Positions 27,645-35,549 of a stretch of 46,400 nucleotides of DNA are shown here, piece by piece. The stretch lies in IMG/VR virus record IMGVR_UViG_3300004889_000001, positions 1 to 46,400 of that record, one strand, 5' to 3'. The position numbers were made by a program, and so were the translations under genes. The notes beneath the pieces are model-generated. The model did no database searches and was not told where the DNA came from. It saw only the letters and a list, made by a program, of their open reading frames with translations. This stretch comes from a virus. The first letter of the stretch is position 1. The number at the start of each line of letters is the position of its first letter.

Positions 27645-29148
27645 TGCGACCACCCTTCAGGAGTTCTTGAACAACGTCTCCCTGTTGATCTGGTTGTTTT
27701 AGCGCAACCGTTGTATCGCCAAGCTTCTCTTGCCAGTTTTCAATAGTTTCAAACGCATCAATAGAACCAAGTCCCGTCTCGCTGAATATCCCAATAACAG
27801 ATTGTGCAAACTGCATACCGCTAGAAACTTCCGACGCATCAGAGGCTTTGGAAAGTGGAGACACAAATTCTGCCTGGATATTCTTTCCGTCAATCCGGAT
27901 GGGTTCAATCTCACCACGCGCCGAAAACACATAGGCAAATCTACGCAATGAAGGCAGAACATATTCTCTATAAACCCGCCGACGCGCTTGTTGGCGGCGC
28001 TCATGACTGGTTTTCTCATCAAGCCATTGAGATGCAGTTGGCGGGGTTTTGCCGGCTTGCTCAGGCTTATCTTGATAGAGCGCTTTTTTCACTGTGTATT
28101 TCAAAACGTCTCTATCAAAGAACAGATTTTGGGAGGATGTAGGCTCATATAATGGGCTTGGTGCTTCAGAGCCCATCCGCCGCGCAAGATAAGTTCCATT
28201 TTCAACACCGCCATCTGGATCAAAGACACCATCAGCAACAAAGCTCATAGGAGGGTCAGCCTCTTTCGCCAGTTTACGGAGATTGATATATGCCAATTCA
28301 TCAAGTGTCCGTGCGGCCGTAATTGCAATATCCGCTGGACCAGGGCCCCACGCGGAAGGTGGAGCATGGCGCCATCTGCATACATTCATCGGTGGAGGGA
28401 CGCCTTTACCAAGCTTCTTTTTGCGCACAATCTTATTATCAATCGCAACAACCCACATCCATACATAGCCGCCAGCAGGAAGGGCGTGACGGCGGCAGCC
28501 TTGAATTACAGTGACAGTTTGGCCACCATTCTTATCTTTGGTCTTGCCAGATATTTTACTGAGAATATCCTTACCAAACATCTCAGGGAGGTGACGGCGC
28601 TTACAGCAGAATTCATCCCAACGGCCGTCCAAATCATTAAAAGCACCTTCATCCATTAGAAGATTATGAATAAGAACAGGACGGATCCGAATGTCCTCAG
28701 TTGGGGGAGCGTGAGGAATAATTGTACCCGCGGCAGCGCCGGCCAAATCATGAAAGACTTCCAAGTTTTGCTCGTACCAATTAGTATTCCGAATGAGCGA
28801 GTAAAACTTATCCTGCCACCTTGCAGATTGTTCTTTGAACGCATTTTCGTTGGCAGAGTTTGTTAGTTCAGTGCCCGGCTTCAGGATTACCCAGGGCTTA
28901 TAATCTGGCATAAAGAAGTCGAGCTGATCAGATGCAAAATCAGCAATCGTTTCCTGTAGCGTACTGTCAAAGATGTCGTCTTGCTCATCTTCATCCCGCG
29001 TCTCAGTATAGCTTTTCTGCGAACCAATATGAGGGCGATGGGGAATTCCCATTTCATAAAAAGCGTTCAATCGCTCTGCTACTTCATTGCGATCTTGGCG
29101 GGCCTCATCAATACGAGCCAGTTCTTTTTTTTCAAAGCTATAAGCCAT
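27634..29148 (-). CDS. Portal protein
   Basis: 504 aa, located downstream of terL and upstream of the scaffold and capsid genes. The N-terminal region FASDQLDFFMPDYKPWV resembles podovirus head-to-tail connector proteins. Confidence 0.7.
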   Translation of the reverse strand: MAYSFEKKELARIDEARQDRNEVAERLNAFYEMGIPHRPHIGSQKSYTETRDEDEQDDIFDSTLQETIADFASDQLDFFMPDYKPWVILKPGTELTNSANENAFKEQSARWQDKFYSLIRNTNWYEQNLEVFHDLAGAAAGTIIPHAPPTEDIRIRPVLIHNLLMDEGAFNDLDGRWDEFCCKRRHLPEMFGKDILSKISGKTKDKNGGQTVTVIQGCRRHALPAGGYVWMWVVAIDNKIVRKKKLGKGVPPPMNVCRWRHAPPSAWGPGPADIAITAARTLDELAYINLRKLAKEADPPMSFVADGVFDPDGGVENGTYLARRMGSEAPSPLYEPTSSQNLFFDRDVLKYTVKKALYQDKPEQAGKTPPTASQWLDEKTSHERRQQARRRVYREYVLPSLRRFAYVFSARGEIEPIRIDGKNIQAEFVSPLSKASDASEVSSGMQFAQSVIGIFSETGLGSIDAFETIENWQEKLGDTTVALKQPDQQGDVVQELLKGGRNVV

Positions 29149-29412
29149 TTACCTGTTAGCCAATGATGGAGAAAAAAACCTGCCAGCCGTACCACCAAGG
29201 CCGCTGAATGGGTAATATCCCGCGCCGGGATTAATAGCGCCGGCGATTGAGCCCGCACGTTGTCGGCCAAACTGTCTTAAAATTGAACGAGTTTCCAATC
29301 CAAGGTTATCGCGGCTTTCATCAATTCTACCAGCATCGGCACGTTGTTCAGCCGCTTCGCGCCGAGCAACAGTTTCAGGATCTTCTTCAGGAGCTTCGGA
29401 TTTTATAGACAT
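29149..29412 (-). CDS. Hypothetical protein (87 aa)
   Basis: Its stop abuts the portal start (TAAATG). Confidence 0.45.
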   Translation of the reverse strand: MSIKSEAPEEDPETVARREAAEQRADAGRIDESRDNLGLETRSILRQFGRQRAGSIAGAINPGAGYYPFSGLGGTAGRFFSPSLANR

Positions 29413-29836
29413 TGAACGGGTCCGTTTTTACAGTGGCATTTTTCGCTATTAACTGCCCATAAAGCATTGAAGGTGTCAACGCTGGACCGTTAATTCCGAT
29501 GACACGCGCTACCACAGTCGAACAAGTTTGCAAAATTCTTTGTTTATAATATGGGATTGAACCTGATCTAATCTGCAAAACTGTTGCCTTATTAGACAGA
29601 ATAACCTCAAGATATTCGTCAAACTGACTATCAGGAATGGCCGTAAGTATAGTCCTATTCTCTTGAGGGTTTATGACAATCCAGCTCTGAGTTCTCTGCA
29701 CAAATCCCCACGCAAGCACATGGCGGCACCAGTGTTTTGTGAAGAAATGCCACCATCTATTCTCGTCGGCGGGAATAAAGGCAACATTCCAATATATAGG
29801 CACAAATGGGTCTAAATGTTGATTTACCGGCTCCAT
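29387..29836 (-). CDS. Hypothetical Trp-rich protein (149 aa)
   Basis: Its start overlaps the terL stop by 13 nt. Confidence 0.5.
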   Translation of the reverse strand: MEPVNQHLDPFVPIYWNVAFIPADENRWWHFFTKHWCRHVLAWGFVQRTQSWIVINPQENRTILTAIPDSQFDEYLEVILSNKATVLQIRSGSIPYYKQRILQTCSTVVARVIGINGPALTPSMLYGQLIAKNATVKTDPFNVYKIRSS

Positions 29837-31392
29837 GAGCGCCTCCGTCCAGAGCGAATTTTACGGGTAGGCTTGGTATCATGACGAAGGGTATCAACAC
29901 GATTTTCAATCGCGGTCCCGCCTGGAGCAACCACGATTGAGTTATCTTCACCGCCGCCCCACCACGCATATTCTGCACTTTCCACAACATCTGCGTGTTT
30001 GTTCTTCAGCATCTTGTCCTGAGTGACCATATCGCCTGCACGGCGGATCTGTTGCATCACACAACCGCCATCCATGGCGTCGACCAGTGTAGGCGCCCCA
30101 ATCGGACAAATCATCACTTTCGGGAAACCCATATTACTTGCCGTGATGACTTTTGTGCCTGTTTCATGCCGTAGCGATGGGCTATCTTTAGCAGCTGGAG
30201 AATTGAACATAATTCCCTTCTGCCTTGCGACGTTCCAATATGTGAATTCAGAAGAGATTGTGTCTCTGGAGCCAAAAGGATCAGACCAGCCGACCAAGCC
30301 GGCTTCTCGATACCACGGATAATGTGTCGTTAAAATTTCAATCACCTTGTCCAAAAACTTATCCGCAGATTGAAGTTTCGGATTAGACCGCGCATTGACT
30401 TCATGGGCACAGCGCCATTGTTCATTTACACGCTGCCAGAACGTCAGTGCGCCATATTTGCCTGGATCCCATCCAAGAATGACAGGAACGCCACTGACGG
30501 GCTTCATACGGCCCTTATGAACGTGCCAATCGCGCTTAAACTGAGGGTATCTTGGCTTCCCGCTCTTTATCTGAACGACTTCGTTCATATAGTCGCGCTT
30601 TATGTCGTCTATGTCGCCAGTCTGGCACATGGACAGAATTGCCTCTTCATCTTGATATGGCAGGTTTTCAATATCCGGATGAAGTTCAAAGTCAGAGATA
30701 TTGCCAAAATCATCATAAATAGGACGGACCGCTGGAGGTTGGACAAAGAATTCCCAATCATCCGGGCAACGAAGTTGACGTTTTTCGTCTTCAGACATGT
30801 CAGCCGGATAAGGAATATCCCCGCGCATGTAGAGAGCCCAATGATCATTTAAGGGCGGAGCATTCATATCAATCCAGAGACGCCGCTTACGGTCCCAATC
30901 TGGACAATCCACGGCCCGAGGATAACGGCCGCAACGTTGGCGAATAGCAAGAACCTGCCGAAGCGATTGATATTGAGCCTCGTTACAGGCCGCGGCGGTG
31001 TATTCCGTGGAGCGCAGCTTTTTTAGCACCTGTACGCTATCATCTTCAAACGCGAAAAACTCTATCTCACATTCAACATCAAGAAACTTCAGCTTGTGAA
31101 TAGCTGGCATGGACCCTTTAACTGGCCCGTAAATCTCTTCTTTAAAAATATCTTTCCATGAACGCATGATCCCGCGTTCAAGCTCGCCTTGCGTTGAGCG
31201 GACAATCAAATACCTCGATCGCCTTATCCCATCCAAACACCGCGGCATGGAACACATATCTTTGTAAATCGACATGATGAGCCAGAAGGTTTTACCGCTT
31301 TCAACCGGACCTTGAACGACTTTGACTAATGCGCTGGAATTAAGAGCCCGCTTCAGCGTGGAAGCATGGCGAAAGTCGTATTGATAGCTCAT
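29824..31392 (-). CDS. terL: Terminase large subunit
   Basis: Walker A QGPVESGKT near the N-terminus. 522 aa, located upstream of the portal gene. Confidence 0.85.
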   Translation of the reverse strand: MSYQYDFRHASTLKRALNSSALVKVVQGPVESGKTFWLIMSIYKDMCSMPRCLDGIRRSRYLIVRSTQGELERGIMRSWKDIFKEEIYGPVKGSMPAIHKLKFLDVECEIEFFAFEDDSVQVLKKLRSTEYTAAACNEAQYQSLRQVLAIRQRCGRYPRAVDCPDWDRKRRLWIDMNAPPLNDHWALYMRGDIPYPADMSEDEKRQLRCPDDWEFFVQPPAVRPIYDDFGNISDFELHPDIENLPYQDEEAILSMCQTGDIDDIKRDYMNEVVQIKSGKPRYPQFKRDWHVHKGRMKPVSGVPVILGWDPGKYGALTFWQRVNEQWRCAHEVNARSNPKLQSADKFLDKVIEILTTHYPWYREAGLVGWSDPFGSRDTISSEFTYWNVARQKGIMFNSPAAKDSPSLRHETGTKVITASNMGFPKVMICPIGAPTLVDAMDGGCVMQQIRRAGDMVTQDKMLKNKHADVVESAEYAWWGGGEDNSIVVAPGGTAIENRVDTLRHDTKPTRKIRSGRRRSWSR

Positions 31393-31445
31393 AAACCCGT
31401 CCTTTGTTTAATCAGCTTTAATAATATTTCAGGGGGGTTTACAAG

Positions 31446-31850
31446 TTAGCTCTTAGAATTGGCCTCTATAGCCGCCATTTGCTCGTCAGTAACGATAAGC
31501 TCATCTGATAGAGTAAGGTAGTCAAATCCTGGCAAAGTCCTCAGGCCGCTTCTAAGGGCCTCTTCCGGAGCCATCCCATCATTGGCTTTCATAATAGAAA
31601 CCCAAATACGGCGCATGATTTGCTCCATGCTTATAGTCACAAAATGGCTGCTAGCCATACCGCGCTCACGAAACATCAGCGTTCTAAATGTGGTTTTGAT
31701 TTCACATTGTCGCATCCCGGGACAACCAACAATGCCAACATGGGTCATATCTTCAGGCCAAGTCAGCTCTTCTCTAGACGGATTAAGTTTAGACATTTTC
31801 AGGACCAAACCTATCATCTCAGAGGTAACGGTAGGATCATCCTGCGACAT
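31446..31850 (-). CDS. Hypothetical protein upstream of terL (positional candidate for the small terminase subunit)
   Basis: Called on position alone. No HTH motif was recognised. The ATG at 31850 lies 1 nt after the upstream stop. Confidence 0.35.
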   Translation of the reverse strand: MSQDDPTVTSEMIGLVLKMSKLNPSREELTWPEDMTHVGIVGCPGMRQCEIKTTFRTLMFRERGMASSHFVTISMEQIMRRIWVSIMKANDGMAPEEALRSGLRTLPGFDYLTLSDELIVTDEQMAAIEANSKS

Positions 31851-31851
31851 A

Positions 31852-32064
31852 TTATCCGCTCTTTGTGAGATTGACACTTATATTCTGCATGATCTCTTTT
31901 TCTTGTGCAGATTTCAGCTTTCCAGAGCGAATGTTCATGTAAATGACCGACGCGCCTACAAGCACGGACATCACGCTGGCGATCCAATTTCCTGAGAAGA
32001 ACCCCTCTAAACTAAGGCCGGCGAGAACCAATATGCTTGTGAAGTTTTGAAAAGCTTGGATCAT
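31852..32064 (-). CDS. Small membrane protein with two transmembrane segments and a charged C-terminus (holin-like topology)
   Basis: FTSILVLAGLSLEGFF and WIASVMSVLVGASVIYM followed by RSGKLKSAQEKE. An AGGAA lies 9 nt upstream of the ATG at 32064. Confidence 0.45.
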   Translation of the reverse strand: MIQAFQNFTSILVLAGLSLEGFFSGNWIASVMSVLVGASVIYMNIRSGKLKSAQEKEIMQNISVNLTKSG

Positions 32065-32485
32065 TTTTTCCATTTCCTAAACTATGGTGAAGAACCATTG
32101 TGATGAATAGCAGAAACAAAAATGCTCCTAAATGCTGATAAGTCTTTCTTACAACTTCATTTTTATCCGTCAACTCCAACACTAAGTACATTAAATCACT
32201 TAGCATTGAGAATGTGACTACATCGTGAAGACGCATTAACCAGCGGTCTTCTTCAGTGTGGACGCTTTCGCGTAGAAAATAACAAACAATAAATCCAATC
32301 ACAATTCCCATAAGCGCGGGGGTCATATTGTGGGTCAGATCTTGAGCAATAAGCGAAAGTACAAGCCATAAGGCCGCACATCCCGCCGCAAGCTTCTCTT
32401 TTGACGTACCATGTAAAACCATCAAACCGACTAAGCCTAAAGCTAGAATGGATTGATAAATCGCAGATACGTCAAAAGGTAACAT
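32012..32485 (-). CDS. Polytopic membrane protein (157 aa, about 4-5 transmembrane segments)
   Basis: Hydrophobic segments ILALGLVGLMVL, AALWLVLSLIA, ALMGIVIGFIVCYF and GAFLFLLFITMVL. Confidence 0.5.
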   Translation of the reverse strand: MLPFDVSAIYQSILALGLVGLMVLHGTSKEKLAAGCAALWLVLSLIAQDLTHNMTPALMGIVIGFIVCYFLRESVHTEEDRWLMRLHDVVTFSMLSDLMYLVLELTDKNEVVRKTYQHLGAFLFLLFITMVLHHSLGNGKNDPSFSKLHKHIGSRRP

Positions 32486-32490
32486 GGAAG

Positions 32491-32724
32491 TTATTCGTCG
32501 AATTTACGACCTGGGCCGCGGGCATTTGCGGTGTTGGCGCCAATTTCGTTGTGAAGTTCAAACATATCTTCACGGATTTTAGCGAGGCGCGCTGTATAGC
32601 CGGCTAGAGTAGCTTCATCCGTTCCAAGGATTTCAGGGGCATTTTTTTGTAAAGACCCTTTAATGAGCGAGCCTAAATCCCGTTCAACGCGCTGAAATGT
32701 TTGTGTAGCAGTTTTGAGTTCCAT
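32491..32724 (-). CDS. Hypothetical soluble protein (77 aa from the ATG at 32724)
   Basis: ORF within the membrane cassette. The start given in the supplied track is a TTG. Confidence 0.45.
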   Translation of the reverse strand: MELKTATQTFQRVERDLGSLIKGSLQKNAPEILGTDEATLAGYTARLAKIREDMFELHNEIGANTANARGPGRKFDE

Positions 32725-32804
32725 AACTCTGTCCAATCCTGTTTTTTGAATTAACAGGCAATGGACAGATAATCACTTATTGTCAAATCAAGAACAAGTG
32801 AAGC

Positions 32805-33224
32805 TTAATCGTGCCGCCTTATGTGTTCGGCAGAGGGGCTATTTGCATGGTCAAAAAGCAAATCCTCATCGCGCTCCAACCGCCCTTCTATTCTGTCGAC
32901 GCGGTTTGTGTTCTTCTGATCCAAAGTGTCGATATATTTGACGGTTTCAGTTTCGCGCCGGCTAATTTCAGTGCGGATAAGATTGGCTTCGGTTTTAATA
33001 GCCTTATCCGCCTTTTCTTCCACACGAGTTATATCGGCTCTCAGCTGTTGGTAATTGTCAACTATCGCTTGAGCATTCGCGGCCACATTTGCATTTGTGG
33101 CGGGAAGGTTCCCAACAGCATTTGCATTATTTTCCGCTGACTTATTTGGGCCTATCATCATGAAGCCAACCGCCGCAAGGATCAGCCCTATTACAAGTTT
33201 ATTGTCAGTTACACTATCAGCCAT
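32805..33224 (-). CDS. Membrane-anchored coiled-coil protein (139 aa)
   Basis: N-terminal transmembrane segment LVIGLILAAVGFMMIG, then an Asn/Ala-rich linker and a charged coiled coil (i-spanin-like topology). Confidence 0.5.
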   Translation of the reverse strand: MADSVTDNKLVIGLILAAVGFMMIGPNKSAENNANAVGNLPATNANVAANAQAIVDNYQQLRADITRVEEKADKAIKTEANLIRTEISRRETETVKYIDTLDQKNTNRVDRIEGRLERDEDLLFDHANSPSAEHIRRHD

Positions 33225-33236
33225 AATTCAGTCCTT

Positions 33237-35540
33237 TTATCCCGCCCCATATAATTTGATCGCGCGAAGCCTCATGTTCGAGCCGCTATCTGACAACGTA
33301 AATTGTCCCGCCGCAAGGTCTGTCACATCAAGTCGTAAATATGCGCTGCCAAACGTATCGAGACGAATTTGATTAGAAACCGCAAGAGTTTCCCGTTCAA
33401 CGCGAGGCGAGGCCGTCCCATCGCCATTATTTGACCCGCCATCATGCGTGACAACCATAATCATATGGTCAACAGCGCCAGCTGTACTCAAATCTACACC
33501 TAAGTCGATAGCTGAATTAGACAGAGGTAAATCAAACGGAATGACGTTTAAAAGCTCAATAGCGCCGCCTGCAATTGGCCGATTGATTATTCTATTTCTT
33601 GCGGGGTTCAGCGTTATAGGCGAGCCGGCAACAACATCATTATCAACGGACAGATCACCAGCGGCAGATGACAGGCTTTCAAGGATAACCTTAATTGCAT
33701 TACCTTCGCGGGTAGCTCTAATCTTATTCCCTGCAGGAAGTCTAAACTCTTGATTTGAACCTACGGGCTTAGTGAGGTCCAGCCCTGTGAAATCTTCCCA
33801 TACTGTGATGAAACTATCAGCATTGAACGGGAGGCTAAGACGCACATCTGTCTCAGCTTCATCGGGACCTTGAACAGCGCTCAATTCCATTGTGTCGTGA
33901 TTGGTGTTATCCAAAACAGACATAATATTAAAATCAAGAAGCCCTGTGCCAGTCTCTCTGATACGGAAATAATTGCCCGCATCAACTTGCTGAATGCCAA
34001 AGCGTGTTAGCTTGGCCTCAACCGCGGCGACGTTGCTATCGTCAAAGACAGAAAATTCATTCTCTGCAATCGCAGTATCAACACGCCAGTTAAACCACTG
34101 ACCTAAATCATCATCAGCGGGGCTTTGCTCAGGCCATGAGAACACATCACCAACTTCATAAGCCTGATTAGGAACAAATTCCGCCGCTTGGTCTGTGACC
34201 GTGACAGAGGCTGACGTCGCTGTTATCCAAGGTGTTGCTGAAACAGCCCCTACGCTTGTGAAGTCAGTGCCTTCATTCGTTCCTGCAAATTGGACGCGGA
34301 CGGCACCGTCAAAATCGCCGCCATTAGATGCGGTGCCCGTAATGGAGCTAATGCCGTTTGGAGTGTCGCCGACATATTCAAAATTGAGCATACCCTGACG
34401 ATTAGAACCGAGCGAAATAGAGCCGTTAAAGGCTGTTTTGTCATGAGTAATAGTGGCCGCGCCGCCTGTCCATGCTGCAAGATCACCTGAATAAACCCAA
34501 GCATTTGCAGGGTAAGGATTGCCGTCGATATCGTTAAAGACAATTCCAGTGACGCGGGAGACTGCATTCGTTCCGATTGAGCGGAAGCCAACAGAGATAT
34601 AATTCAGTATATTTGTGCTCGTGCTCTCTTCAAGCCAGGAGCGTCTTACTTCAAAATATCCCTGATTATCAGATTGTAGCGTAACAACCCCGCCTTTGCG
34701 ATGGGCGGGGATTATGAAGTGATTATTAACCGTCCCGTTTTCGAAGAGAAATTGGTCCGGCGCATCCATGTCATTCTGTTCAACGCGAATATTTCCTGCG
34801 TTGATACGGCCAACGGTTAGGTTCATGTAACCCACTGCGCGCGCCTGTACTTTGATGGTCTCCTCATTGGCTGTACCATTTGTCAGTAAATAATTATGAC
34901 CTTGGTATAGAATATCGCCCCTCGCAAAGTTCTCTGTGTTATATGCGGCGGATAATGGACGGTCGATATCAAGTTGGTGAGTACCATCAGCATAGACAAA
35001 CTCATTCGTCGTATTCGGTAAAACCCTTAAGTTTGATACAATTTCACCCGTAACAGGGACAGAAAATTCGCCTGTGATCAGGATGGCGTTCCCGCCTAAA
35101 ATGTTAGTGCTATTACGAACCACGTACCAATTAGGCGTATCGCCAGTCGGAATGTCCGCAGGCTGTATGAGGCTTGCAGCCGCATCAGTGACAATATAGC
35201 GCTGACCCCATTCTATCTGAACGTTCTCTTCAGTGACTTCATTCCAATCAAGCTCACCGTCATCTGTAGGTGCCGCAATGGATCCAGTTGCCCCGCTTTC
35301 GCGCGTCCAATTAATGGAATTATCAGCCTGCCGCGCAAACGCCGTATAAGGGTCCTGAGCGTCATTATCAGCTTGAAGGAGTGCCACTTCAGCCTTGGTG
35401 GCGTTTAGGTCTATGAGGGCGGTCTGAGCGGCCTGTGAGGCATTTAAAGCCGCAATATCAGCCGTATTCGCTGCAATAGCTGTATTTTGTGCCGTCAGCG
35501 TAGAGCCAGGAACAACCGCAATATTTTTAACGCTACCCAT
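33237..35540 (-). CDS. Tail fibre or spike protein (767 aa)
   Basis: Ala/Asn-rich coiled N-terminus (TAQNTAIAANTADIAALNASQAAQTAL). The C-terminal ...LRLDVTD...RLRAIKLYGAG ending resembles discoidin/CBM-type domains. Confidence 0.6.
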   Translation of the reverse strand: MGSVKNIAVVPGSTLTAQNTAIAANTADIAALNASQAAQTALIDLNATKAEVALLQADNDAQDPYTAFARQADNSINWTRESGATGSIAAPTDDGELDWNEVTEENVQIEWGQRYIVTDAAASLIQPADIPTGDTPNWYVVRNSTNILGGNAILITGEFSVPVTGEIVSNLRVLPNTTNEFVYADGTHQLDIDRPLSAAYNTENFARGDILYQGHNYLLTNGTANEETIKVQARAVGYMNLTVGRINAGNIRVEQNDMDAPDQFLFENGTVNNHFIIPAHRKGGVVTLQSDNQGYFEVRRSWLEESTSTNILNYISVGFRSIGTNAVSRVTGIVFNDIDGNPYPANAWVYSGDLAAWTGGAATITHDKTAFNGSISLGSNRQGMLNFEYVGDTPNGISSITGTASNGGDFDGAVRVQFAGTNEGTDFTSVGAVSATPWITATSASVTVTDQAAEFVPNQAYEVGDVFSWPEQSPADDDLGQWFNWRVDTAIAENEFSVFDDSNVAAVEAKLTRFGIQQVDAGNYFRIRETGTGLLDFNIMSVLDNTNHDTMELSAVQGPDEAETDVRLSLPFNADSFITVWEDFTGLDLTKPVGSNQEFRLPAGNKIRATREGNAIKVILESLSSAAGDLSVDNDVVAGSPITLNPARNRIINRPIAGGAIELLNVIPFDLPLSNSAIDLGVDLSTAGAVDHMIMVVTHDGGSNNGDGTASPRVERETLAVSNQIRLDTFGSAYLRLDVTDLAAGQFTLSDSGSNMRLRAIKLYGAG

Positions 35541-35549
35541 AACTAACTC

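Noticed and set aside
32737-32804. Perfect TTGACA hexamer (minus strand) and a CCTGTT/AACAGG hairpin upstream of the 77-aa gene as an internal promoter or terminator
   Set aside because: There is no acceptable -10 hexamer 16-18 nt downstream of the TTGACA, and no T-run after the hairpin. Neither call is supportable.
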